NCBI GenBank assembly: GCA_030265395.1
Contig: JARFYF010000118.1
Coordinates: forward strand, 17,837,070 to 17,901,069
Source of the DNA: Rhina ancylostomus
Taxonomy: Eukaryota
Reading direction: 5' to 3'
DNA length: 64,000 nucleotides
Made by a program: the position numbers and the translations under genes. Under the pieces are notes generated by a model. That model was given only the letters and a program-made list of their open reading frames with translations, was not told where the DNA came from and ran no database searches. Within the stretch, counting starts at the first letter, position 1; each line of letters begins with the position of its first letter. This document shows, in pieces, positions 1 through 11,890 of this stretch.

Positions 1-430
1 TCTTCCCACCTGATTCCCATATCCTCTCATTCCCTTAGTATTCTAAACCTTGAATGGCTTGAAAATGCTCAGCTGCTGAGAATCCACAGCATTCTAAGGT
101 ATAGAATTCCAATCTTCTGAATAAAGAATTTTTTCCTTCTTTCAGTCCCAAATAGCCAACCCTTTTGCCACCTAATTCCACATTTTGCAGTTAAAAGGAA
201 CAACCTCTGAGTACATGTTATGTTGATCTATCTCAAGAATTTATATATCTCAAAGTGATCCTAGTTCTTGCTTCGCAACTCCAGTGCATATAGTACTCAA
301 TCTCCACCCAAAGGACAATTGCATCATCCCAGGAATCAAGTTAGTGAACCTACCCTGTACTATTCAAGGCAGGTATGTCCTCCTTTAGCTACAGAGACAA
401 GGCTGCTCACTGTACCTCAGATGAAGGCTT
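1..430 (-). mobile_element. Old CR1-type LINE 3' fragment
   Basis: Degenerate reverse complement of the CR1 RT C-terminus and tail (catcccaggaatcaagttagtgaacct..., agaattcca..., ggaacaacctct). Confidence 0.65.
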
Positions 431-1534
431 ATTAAAACCCTATAGAATTTAAGCAAGATTTCTCCAGGAGAGTATATATGTGGGAAGAAAGTAATACATT
501 TTGAAAGTTTATTTGATGGAGAGAATGATGAATAACTGGGAGAAATTTCAAGGCAGTAGGCTCACATAATGGTAAATCTTCAATAATTTATAGTCTTCCT
601 TAAGAAGCACATATATCTATTAATTTGTCAGTACTGTAAGACTCCTGGAAGAGGTGTTATGTTTCTTTCACTATCAAAGTATGTACTACTGCTGCTTGAG
701 AATGCTTTTACATTTTAATGAGTTAATGATTTTAAAAGAATTGCTGGAAGATGATCAGGTAATAAAATCAACAACTTAGTTTGGAAGATAGCACAAATCA
801 ATAAGTAGCGTATGAAGTTTACTGGTAAAGTAGCAGTAGGTTATGATGCTCTAATCCAATCCACAGATTTAGGCATATCATAGACTGCAGCAGATTTGTT
901 CACCAATTACTGAGAGATTGGATTAACTTAATCCTTTGAAAGTGTTTACTTATATTGTACGGAGATTAGTTTTATAGATAATATTTGCTTATCTGATATT
1001 CAGTCAAAAATAAAATAATCATTGGCGCATTGATGTCAAATTCAAATCCTCCACTCATCTACCAACTTGAACTTGATAATTTAATTGTTTTTGCACAGTT
1101 CCACTATCACCTGAATCTACAAAAAGCACCACTTATATCTATTAGAATTTTTTTCTGTGGTAACAATGCTATTTAAGTGCAAATTGTAAATATATTTCCC
1201 TTAAGCTGGAATAAATATTACATGTTAATATTGCAGAAGGAATATTGGTGTCAGCAGAGAAAATCATAAATGCAATCCACTAAATAGCATGTTATGCACG
1301 TGCACAGAACTGTTACATATCAGTTTTCCACAGGGTGAACTTGAGTAGAAGATTGGCATGGCTCTCATGAGGTGTCAGAAGTGAGACTCAAGGTATTACA
1401 AACTGGATGCAGCCTGTATTAAATGCATAAAATAGGTTTCCATGCTTAAAAATGAACTCTGGTTCAAATGTAATAAAAAGAACGAGAGGAGAAAAACCAA
1501 GTTGTCATCTCTATTGATCCACAGTAGATAAGAA

Positions 1535-1864
1535 GACAAAATAGAAGCAGGAATAAGGTCACAGCTGATTCTTTCTCTCAAATCCTCTTCCTGCCTGTGT
1601 CCCGGATCCTCTCATTCCCTTAGTGATCCAAGCCTTGAACCACTTGATAAAGCTCAGCTGCTGAAACTGTACAGCCTTCTAAAGCAGGTAATTCAATCCT
1701 TCTGGATAAATAATGTTTTTCCCTTATTTCAGTCCCAAATGCCATCTAATTCCATATTTTGCAGTTAAAAGGAACAACCTCTCAGCATACGCCTTGTTGA
1801 TCTACCTCAAGATTTTATATGTCTTGATGTGTCCTGGCCTAATCCTTTCAATTTCGGTGAATAT
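1535..1864 (-). mobile_element. Old CR1-type LINE 3' fragment, locally paralogous to 1-290
   Basis: Starts at the tail aatagaagcaggaataaggtc; collinear with 1-290. Confidence 0.65.
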
Positions 1865-1879
1865 GGACATAGATCACTT

Positions 1880-2710
1880 GGAAAGTTAAGTTGAATGGTG
1901 GCAGATGGAATTTATTCCAGATAAGTGTGTGATAGTACACTGTGATACATTACATATCAACAGGACCTACTGTCTGTAGTGAATGGCAAGTATCTCAGGA
2001 GTGTTGATGTACAGAGGGACCTTGGGGCACAAGTTCATTTCTCCTTGAAAAAAGTAGTGCAGGTTGACAGGATAGTGAAGAAGGCATTTGATATGCTTGC
2101 GTTCACAGGCTGAGGCATTGAGTATAAGAATTGGGATGTCATGTTGCAGTTGTACAAAATATTGTTCATGCTACACTTGGAGTATCATGTACATTTCTGG
2201 TCTTCACACTTTGAGAAGGATGTGGTAGCATTCGGAAGAGTGCAGAAGAGATTCACCAGGATGTTGTCTGGAACGGGGGGTTTTACTTACAAGCAGAGAT
2301 TGGATAGGCTGGGTTTATTCTCACTGGAGCATAGGAGGCTGAAGGGTAACCATATGGAGGTCTATAAGACTATGACAGGCAGAGCTCGAGTAGATAGAGT
2401 CTTTCTCCTAGGATGGAGGAATCCACAACTAGACAGTACAGGTTTAAGGTGAGAGGGGAGAAATTTAAAGGAGATCAGAGTGTAAGTTTTTCACACACAG
2501 GCTGGTGATTATATGGAGCAGGCTGCTAGTGGAAGTGGAAGAGGTAATTTCAGCACTTAAAAGGCATTTGAACAGGTCCTTGGATAGGAAAGGAGTAGAG
2601 GGAAATGGGCATAATATAGGCAAATGGGATTAGTATAGATAAGCATTATGTTTGGCATGATGAGTTGGGCTGAAGAGCCCCTCGTGTGCTGTCCAACTCT
2701 GACTCTATGA
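1880..2710 (+). mobile_element. CR1-type LINE, 5'-truncated (RT C-terminus and 3' tail)
   Basis: ORF 2141-2452 LQLYK...HLEY.V.FWS...KDV...RVQKRFTRML...RLDRLGLFSLE.RRL.G..EVYK is the CR1 ORF2 C-terminus; tail ends ...ctctgactctatga. Confidence 0.92.
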
Positions 2711-2989
2711 AATCCTTACTGTGTTTTTCAGGCTACAAGAAAATCATTTCCTCCCCTAAAGGCTTACTATTAATTTCACTATTTGTTTGGGAACATGGCC
2801 ATCTTGTTCTGAGGGCCTCAGATTAAACTGGCTTAACAAACATGTGCTTTTCCTTGATCTGTTTGTGTATAGAATGTGGCCAACATTTATTGCCATTCAT
2901 AATTGCTTCTTAATTGAGCAGCTTGCTTGGCCATTTCTGAAGGTAGGGTTAGAGTCAACCACATTGATAGGTAGGCAGGTATAAAACCA

Positions 2990-3215
2990 CTCCTGGGCTA
3001 AATCAGGATGGCAGGTATCTTAGGACATTAAGGAGCTATGACATATATGTTTTTATGATAATCCAGCCAATTTATGATCATTTTTACTGACAATGGATCT
3101 TTAAACTTTACATTTAAATTCCCCAGCTGCCATAGTGTAATTTGAACATATTTCTTGATCAATGATCCAAGCTTTTGAATATCAGTCTAGTAATTTGACC
3201 ACTATGCTATCACAG
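2990..3215 (-). mobile_element. Old tRNA-type SINE fragment (same family as 35105-35655 and 52230-52615)
   Basis: aaattccccagctgccatagtgtaatttgaac...ctagtaatttgaccactatgcta is the reverse complement of the head seen at 52230. Confidence 0.55.
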
Positions 3216-4139
3216 TCCAAAGTAAGTTCCTTGATGGCCAACTGTTAGCTTGGCAATGCTTGCCTGAAGAGGGGGAAAAAGCAGCCAGGGCTCTTATCCC
3301 AGGTCGCTGTGTAGTGATGCCAGCGTGAAAGTGTGCATGCGTCAAAGCTTGACAATAACAGAATCAAGCACATCAGTGTCAATGCTTACTCTTCCATTTC
3401 AGTGGGGAAGAAGAATGAAACCTAAGTAGGTGTGTGAGGAACCACACCTGACTGTAAGTCAGTGTAATCAGGGCAGGACACAGGAAAACTAGGTGAACAA
3501 AAGAAAGTGTAACATGCTGACTGAAATCTGCAGGCTGTAAGTAAACATTTCTGAAATGTCCAAGGCAAAAGTTACATCCTATATTCCTCAACCAAAATTA
3601 GTGTTCTGATGATGCATTTAACAAGGACAAAGAAAACAACCCATATATTTGCACTGTGAGTTACTTTACTTAATACTGCAAAAAGTGAATTCTGGGTACC
3701 ATCATCATTTTGTTTGTGTAAAGTGCACTCTTGGTATTGGTGCCAACAATTATCACAGATTAAAATCTCACTGGGGTTGTGTCTGAAACTGCCAGCCATT
3801 AATGTCTGTGCTGTTACTGACTTGAAAGCAAATATCTATTTAAAAAAAGAGATAAAAATAATGTAAAGAACCAGTGTTTTATTTCAAAATTGCCCTTACA
3901 TTTAAAAATAACTGGCACTATGACTGGCAGTGAATATAAATTGTTTCTGCTTTTACTAGCACAGTGGAAAATACAGCTCAATGAAGCTGTATTTATATGT
4001 TTATAACATAATATTTACTCCCTTCTAATTGTGCATAAACTGGGATTATTAATGTGGTTTAGAAATCTTCAGCAGAGTAACAGGTCAAATCATCGTGTTG
4101 GTTTGGCTGGTACTATTTTGAAATTCTTTTATGGGACAA

Positions 4140-4450
4140 AGGCATAAATGACACGGCTTATATTTATTGTCAATCCCCAAATGCCCTTGGAGTTGGTGGA
4201 GAGCTGCCATCTTGATCCACTGTTGTATGTATGGTAAAGGTACATGATTATTGGTGTCATGAGGTAAGGTATTCCAGGATTTAGAGCTGATGATGATGAG
4301 GGAACATTAATATATTTCCAAGCTAAGATGCACGGCATTGTGTAGATAATACCCACTGGATCCTGTTTGTGCTGGTGGTGGAGGGAGTAACTCTTCAGGG
4401 CAGTGGACAGGTGCCAATCAGATTTTCCCGTGATGCTTCCTAAGTGTTGT
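4140..4450 (-). mobile_element. Old LINE 3' end (family also at 47400-47860)
   Basis: atttattgtcaatccccaaatgcccttggag..ggtggagagctgccatcttga..ccactg is the reverse complement of the tail at 47780-47860. Confidence 0.55.
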
Positions 4451-4830
4451 CAAGTGTAAAGTACACTTCAGTGCATTTTATTCTCCATTACATTTGCAAA
4501 TCCGGTTTCATGCAGTAGCATAAAATGAAGTCATTTTATGGTTCATTTGAAATGAAGCATGCAAGCTTTCTACTAATAGTGCACATTTATACTAGGGAAT
4601 ATTCTATATCATATTTTCTTGTAGGATCTTGTGCAGTTTTTGCTTGTATATGTCTGTGTGGAAGAATATGTGAATATAAAGGGGTAGATAACTGACATTT
4701 GAAATAAAATGACAGTGCAGCAATCAATTGCCAAAATTATGGCGATTTTGTTTTGAGAATTGTAATTGACTTATTTCATGAGTTTATTATTTATTTATGT
4801 AAATTTTCTCCTTGATTGATCATGCACTAA

Positions 4831-4994
4831 ATGAATGGCAGGCAGAACAGTGGGGAGCAGCTTTGTTGCTATTTCACAGCTTTGCATCATTTTACTCAAG
4901 GTCATTTGAAGTGGTATTTCTTAATTTGTAAAGTCACATTGCATTACTTGTTTGACTATATTCAGCATGGGGCAGACAAGAGAAGCTTTCAAGG
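4831..4994 (+). CDS. Candidate alternative first coding exon of ADGRB1 (ATG-initiated, in frame with the GPS exon)
   Basis: ATG at 4831, 54 open codons plus GG, ending at AAGG|gtaagt in phase 2, which is the phase of the 9812 acceptor. No transcript evidence. Confidence 0.3.
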
Positions 4995-7799
4995 GTAAGT
5001 GTTAAATATATACTCGTTTGTCAGTTTTTATTAATGTGGAAATGTATTCCCATTAGAAGTGCTGTTTAGTAGTTAATAATCTCCATGTACCCATCCTGCT
5101 CCAACTCTATGTCTTCTCCCCTCTTACCTGAAGGTGCTGGAATTACCAGTTCTTGCTCAAGTGACCATTTCCGTTCTTTAAACTCAGATAGCTATGTCAG
5201 AAGACTATTAAGTCACAAAGGGCATGTTGATTAACCTTTATTCTGTCCTCTCCAAGCAACCATACGCCCACATTTTCATCAAAAATTATTTAAATGCAAC
5301 CAAGGTAGCTGTGTTCTTTTGTCTGTATTGCAAGTACAACTGTGATACTGCATCCTTTTGCACTGACACAAATCTGAGCCAGGGACCTACAGCCATAAAT
5401 GGGCTAAGCAAGCACCACACCACTAAGCATTTGAGACTTTTCTCCCCTTAGGCAAAAGAAAGCAAGGTAATATAGATAGGGGTAACTTAATCTCAGCATC
5501 CATGTTTCATTTTTTCACATGTGAAACTTTATTGAATGAATGATGGCTAGATATTTCAGGACTGGAAAGGGTCAGTGAAAGTTAGAATTAGTCTTGATCC
5601 TGTGTACACTACCATATTCTCCATCAGTTTAAAAATTGCATGGAGTTCCTTGAGACATTTAACTGCAATGTAAGGTATTCTATCAATTATTTTTCAAGGT
5701 TCAGGAACTATTAGAACAGCACCAATCTTGTTCTTATTTCATGATTTTCACTGCACCAGCTAAGTTTAAACTTTTAATCCATTATTGTAATCTGCTGCAG
5801 TAATATGTTAAATTGGATGCATGCTAGAATTGCTATGATTTTGGTATTTAAGCAGCAATACTACAATGCTCCCACTGACAATCTATCAAATAGAAAAGTC
5901 AAGCTTTTTCTTGAAAAAATAATATCGACGAAGGATTTGAACCTTCACCCCACCAGCTCCACCATTTTGCACATGGGAATTCTGATAGACTCTAGTTGTA
6001 TACTCCCACCCCCTGCTGTTTCTGACTCAGCCTCTCGTGCAGCATGGCGTGGAAGAAATATGATCTGTTACTGTGGATCTGGGGAGAGTAGGAGAGGTGG
6101 GATCTGTTTGATCCATTGCATGGACGTGAATGAAATCTCAAAGTATACATAGCAGTAGAATTTACACAGAAAGTAAATTTATCAGTACTTTTCCAATTTA
6201 CAGTTTCCTACTTTACCAGTAGAGAAACATAAATGCTGTGCCCTTAGTGTCTAGCTTAATAGTGTAAAATTACTTTGGAAGCAAATGGTGATGATTGCAA
6301 AAAGCACCAAGAAAAATACCCCAGATGGCAAAAGAAATCACTAAATCTTCACATTTAAATTTAAGATTCAATCCCAATTCTAATCCACCAAACCTATAAA
6401 GTCACCTGTCAAAACTTCTTGCCTTTCATTCCCTTCATATGGTAAGTAAAAGATCAAAAAATTGATGCAGTAACACAAGGAATGAGTGCATCATCAAATG
6501 AACCACATTGAAACAGTTCTCCAAAGATATTCTCGGCCTTATTCACGAAGTTCAATTATTTCTACTGCGCATCGCATGCATCATACAACAAAATTTACAG
6601 CAATGAATGTTATAGAAATCAGTATTTTGTGATCATAGAATGATCGCAGTAAAGAAGACAGGCAGTGACTCATTTAATAGTACAGCAATGCTGTCATGTT
6701 ATCTATCGTGTCAGTTAGTAAGATACTTTAATGTTATAAACTGCTTGTTCCAGAATTGAGCAAAAATTGGATGGCACTGATAACCAGTCAAACACTTCTA
6801 TGCCATTTTTAAGGTACGGTTGCCAGAGGAGATTAGTCTGACAACTTAGCAAACATCATCATAAAAAGACATGGTCCTTTCTGCTTATTATTCAAGTATG
6901 CCAGTCTGTCCTTGTATCACTAATACTGTCCATAATATATAACTGGATGGAAATTTGTCTTTGATTGTCACCCAAGTGTGCATTAGTGTTGATTGTCCAT
7001 TGTAGTCCCTTAAAGATATTCAGTCAATGGAACTACTGGTTAGCACAAGCAATCAAAGATGAATTTTTATCCTAACTTTTGTACCAGGGATAAACCGTTG
7101 GGGTTTTGTTCTATGGCTTTTGCTCTGTGGTTGTCAATTATCCATTTGGAAAGTGCTATGTTTGTAATCAATCCATAAATCATAATAGCATGAACCAGAC
7201 ATTGGCTGAAACATACACACCTGTGGCCAACAACTCTTTTTCCTTCAGTTTGCTTGAAGTTTTATTAATTTCTAGTATTTCAATCTTATTTAATAATTCT
7301 TATTTTACTTATCTTTTTCTATTAAATATCTCTTTACTTGTCCTTGATCTATTTGATCCGTTTTTAAACCTCTCTAATTATCAGAGAGATTTAAAAACAG
7401 TTGTTAGGGTTTTTGACAGCTGTGAGCTGTCAGAAGCCCGTCAGAGCATTTATGGTGATCTGACAGCTCCCACCGCCTGAGGCCTAGTTGCAACTCATGG
7501 TCTCACAGGATGGTCCTGGGAGCTGGGCCTTCAGCCATAGATTGGCCAGTGATAAATAGGGCTGGGGGAAAGTGTGGATTATTGTCTTAGGACATGGGGC
7601 TATCTCAATTAAGACAAACAATGTTTCAATGAATATTTATCAGTCACAAGACAAGCAGCAGAACTAAATTCTCTCCGGTCCTCTTTCTATCACTCAATTA
7701 TCATGAAATTATAGAAATTTACAGCACAGAAAGAGGCCATTCAGCCCCACATTTCTCTAATGGTCAAAAATGCTATGGTTTGGAATGATGCAAGTAATT

Positions 7800-8293
7800 C
7801 AACTCACCCACTTTTAGATGACACTGCAGGAAGGATGTGATTGTGCTGGAGAGATTGCAGAAGAGCTTCACCAGGATGTTACTTGGATTGGTTATGGGGA
7901 GAGATTGGATAGGCTCCTTTGTTTTCCCCAAATGGAGGGAGCTGAGGGTTGACGTGATAGAAGTATACAAGATTATGAGTGGCATAGATAGGGCAGATAA
8001 TCAATTTTTTCCAATGGTAGGGGTATCAAAACAAGACAGCATAGTTTTGATGGGAGAGGAAGGAAAATGGTTTACATAGAGAATGGCTGATACTGCTACT
8101 CAATGCCATAGGAGGTGGTGGAGTCAGGTACAATCATGATGTTTGAGAGACATTTAGATAGAAACTCAAATAGACAAGGTACAGAAGGATACAGACCAAA
8201 TACACTTGGTGTAGATGGACAAAAAGGTTGGCATGGACATGTCGGGCTGAAGGGGGCCCACTTCTGTGCTGTCCAACTCTTATTGTCTCTATG
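7800..8293 (+). mobile_element. CR1-type LINE 3' fragment
   Basis: ORF 7837-8079 VLERLQKSFTRML...LRVDVIEVYKIMSGIDR; same tail as 1880-2710. Confidence 0.9.
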
Positions 8294-9120
8294 ATATATA
8301 TCTTTAGATATTACTGATTGTCATTGTAAATAAATCCTCTGTAGACTTTGCAAGGCTCTGTGCAAATCCTTTGCAACGTGGGTTTTGAATCCTTCCGCGT
8401 GACTTCCAAAAAAAGTCACCCAAACTCAAAGCATTGAGGTGTATGTGCACAATTATTTGGGTTAAAATGTCCCCCAGTACTCAAATTTTGAAAGCAAGGA
8501 GCTATTAAAATACAACTTTTTTTTTTGAGGAGCTATCTTTGTTAGTATGGGCTCAGGCACATTCCATATGATAATTGCATCTGGCACGGAGGAACAATGT
8601 GTCTCAAAGAATATTCACACATCTATTTCAGGAGAGACAGGTGCCATTAAGCGTAAAAGTTGTTCTAGCAGGAACAATTTGGATCCGAGAAACTGTGGCA
8701 GTATTAATTTTATCAATGATCATCCCTCAAGTGTAACATGACGTTTGCAAAATTTTTAGTTTTGCACTGTTACTGTGGTTTGATACTTAAAAGCCATTCG
8801 TTAAATTAATTCCTCATATAAAGAAATCACGTTCACTGGATAAAGTTATGCTCAGAAGCTCCTTTGCCATGGGTTGTTGCCAAATCCACCACCAGCTCTT
8901 TGACTCATCACTTTAATGGTGGGAGACTTGCTTTTTTTTCCCCGTGCATTTTCTGCCCCCCTCCTTTCATTGCTTGTGATTTGCTTCTAAATCCTTTCAA
9001 CACTTGTTTCAGTGTGTGAGTGCGTTTCTGCTTTAAATCTGTGCTACTGGGAATGGACCTGTAGTTCTCTTGTTTTGGAAGCAGGTTTGGTGCGCACTTT
9101 TTTTTTGTTAATTATTTGTT

Positions 9121-10130
9121 TGTTGCACCGATGTCTTAAATTGTTTAGCATGCTTTGAGGAGAGCGTTCTTGAAAAGAAAATGTAGATTGTCCTTAACGA
9201 TGATGCGAAGAGATGTTTAATAATCTCCCAAAGGACAAATATCTTAGTATTGCCTAGACAACCTGTGAGGGGCAAAGTAAACTGAGAGCTCGCCTCTCAG
9301 GTACGAAGCTGCTGCTACGTTTTATCTTGTACCGGGCAGTTTTGCGTTCGTTGAGGATGGCTTATGCACTCTTTGAATCATCTTATTTCTTTTTCGTGTC
9401 GTGCTTCTGATATTGCACGTTGGGTGTTTTATCAGTGCGATTTATTTCCGTAAATAGCCGGTTCTGCGAGATTCACAGCACCGTCGATATTTAGGCTTGG
9501 AGCGATACTCTCTTCTCTTCGTGTATGCAATGTGGGAATTTTACATTGACTTTTAATTTGGTCCGGGAAGGAGTTGTTGTTGTCGCTGTTGCGAGGTTTT
9601 GGGGAGGTGGGGGGAATAAAATGTCACCCAAGTAATTGCAATAATTCTGTACGTCGCGAAAAATGATCATGGTTAAATCTTTGCGATGCATCGACCTGCG
9701 TGCGTTTCATCATTGTGCATGGATCGGATTTGTTGCATATTTTATTATTTGCCCCGCACTTAGAGCTATGTGTGTGTGTGTTTTGCTTTCCTCTCTTTTG
9801 GGAATTGCTAGTCTTGGCGTACATGGGGTCTGGTCGAGCCGCGGCTGCAAGACGTTCCCCATCGACTCGTCACGTACAAAATGCAAGTGTGACCGACTCT
9901 CCAGGTTCGCCATTTTGGCTCAGCTCTCTCCAGATTCGGTAAGTCCTTTCTATTTATTTATTTTTTTTAAAAAAGAAACAATGTTGCATTAATCTCTGTG
10001 AAATCAGTGTGAAATGCACATGCACGTCCCTTGCAACTGGATGCAACAAAGGAGGGACGTAGCAGCTGCCACTGGAGGCTGACGGTTCCTTTTTATTGAA
10101 ATATACATGTACATCTTACTGACGCATCTA
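9121..10130 (+). promoter_or_regulatory. Intragenic CpG-rich island over the GPS exon; candidate internal promoter
   Basis: Hand count about 44 CpG in 9121-9940 versus about 5 in 11000-12000; sequence is not recognisably repetitive. Confidence 0.65.
9812..9938 (+). CDS. ADGRB1: ADGRB1/BAI1 coding exon: C-terminal half of GPS motif and Stachel ([43 protein letters not shown])
   Basis: Acceptor ...gaattgctag|T at 9811/9812, donor TCG|gtaagt at 9938/9939; 127 bp, phase 2 to 0. W-S-x-x-G-C...C[15 protein letters not shown] matches the BAI1 GPS (human, from memory: [35 protein letters not shown]). Confidence 0.95.
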
Positions 10131-10619
10131 TTAGGAAGCCAGAATTTACCTCGGTTGCTGGCACTGGAATAAATTGCGATCGGAATTCATTAGAATATTC
10201 TGTCCGGATGCTGCCCCATGATGTTAGGCTGAATTCATCAGTTGTTGCAAATATAATAGTCAAACACAAAAATCTTCGTCAGGTACAAATATATTTTCTC
10301 CATACTGTAAATAGGTAGGAATATTTTGTGATCTCAGCCTTCCAGAATATTACAGTTCTTGTGTGACCACACATACATTACGCAAGAGAGCCAATAAATT
10401 TCTGTGCTAGGTATATACTGATTGTCAAAAATGAAATTCTTATTGAAATGCACTGTATTCTCAGTTGAATGTTCTTTAATGTTATCATGACTATTAATAC
10501 TTTGTGTGATTTGNNNNNNNNNNNNNNNNNNNNNNNNNNNNNNNNNNNNNNNNNNNNNNNNNNNNNNNNNNNNNNNNNNNNNNNNNNNNNNNNNNNNNNN
10601 NNNNNNNNNNNNNCATTGG

Positions 10620-11060
10620 CCAATTTATCATCCACCACCTCAAAAGAATTCACTTTTGACCACCATATCTTCACGAACTGTCATCCTCTAAATTCTCTCT
10701 CCTGACTCAATCTTGGGAGCTGCCCACATCTCTGCACCTTCCACACTTGTCCAATACTCCCCTTTTCTGTCATTCAACTTCCACATTCCACCTTCAATAA
10801 ACTTCTGCTCATCTAAAATGCTCCTGACAGTATCCCAACAAGAGCCAAGTCCTATCCCCACATGCTTTTCAACTTAGTGGTTTCCAGGCCAGCAATGTCC
10901 CAAATTCAAAAGTCTCACATGTCCAATCCTTCCTTATACCCTGATCTCCCTCCCTATACAATCTATACTACCTATCAAGATTACTGCACTCATCCAATAC
11001 TGGCCATTTCCCTTCATCCCACACTAGCATTCATGCCTTTATTAATCTGGATTTTAACCT
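10620..11060 (+). mobile_element. Highly degenerate L2-like LINE 3' fragment
   Basis: C/T-rich; traces of the L2 ORF2 end (caaattcaaa..., ctccctccctat..., ctgcactcatccaatactggcc). Confidence 0.4.
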
Positions 11061-11069
11061 CAAGGATAA

Positions 11070-11470
11070 TCACAATTAATGGTAAGGCACTACACATGCC
11101 ACAGAAGGTAGCAGGATTGGTGGAAAATGTGGTCAATAAACTTATAGAAAATTGTCCTGCATTGATCAAAGTGTAACATACAAGAGCACTAGGTCAAACT
11201 CAAAATGTACAATGCAGATTAAGCCACAGCTAAAGAGTACACAGCACAGTTCTGGTCACCCACAGTAGAAGGATTTTGATAGCACTACAAAGGATGCTAA
11301 TGAGGTGACAATATTGCCAGGCTTGGAGAATTATAGTTATGAGAAGAAATTGAGAAAATCGAAACTGTTTGGCAATGGACTATGAGCATAGAAGTGGTGT
11401 TAACTCATGAAATTAATTTTTGGTCAGCATGAACACAAAGGGCTGAAGGGCCCATGTGTTGTAAGTCGCA
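11070..11470 (+). mobile_element. Degenerate CR1-type LINE fragment
   Basis: agccacagctaaagagtac..cacagttctggtcacc..agaagga..tagcactaca...ccaggcttggagaattatagttatgag (PQLEY..QFWSP..RKD..AL...PGLEN.SYE), plus tail. Confidence 0.7.
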
Positions 11471-11589
11471 AACATTCTGTGAGACACCCACATTTAATTA
11501 TAGCACCTTTACACAAAAATACATGGATTGTAAATGAAAGCTGAAACTGAACAATAACTTAGGCTGGAGGTTGTGTAGTAGAAAGAGCT

Positions 11590-11890
11590 GTCATAGGCAA
11601 GGTCTTTTGTTGAGTCCATTCTGCTCTCTTAATTAACTGTGAAGGATCCCAAGGCATTATCTGTTGAGGAGCAAGGGAATTATCCCGTTCCCTTGGCTGA
11701 TGTTTATGCCTCAAACAAAATCAAATGAAGTATTTATCATTTGTCGGAGTTGTGTCTGTGAATTAACCAATATGTTTCTTACTCTACTTCAACAACTACA
11801 CTTCAAATACACTTAATTGGCTGTGTAATGTTTTAGAACATTAGAGGGTGCAAAAAAAGGGCATCAAATAAGTAAAGCATTTCTTTCTTA
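11590..11890 (+). mobile_element. Deu-domain SINE (SacSINE1/AmnSINE-like) fragment
   Basis: aaggatcccaaggcattat...gagcaagggaattatccc...ctacacttcaaa..cacttaattggctgt matches the Deu core and tail. Confidence 0.7.
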
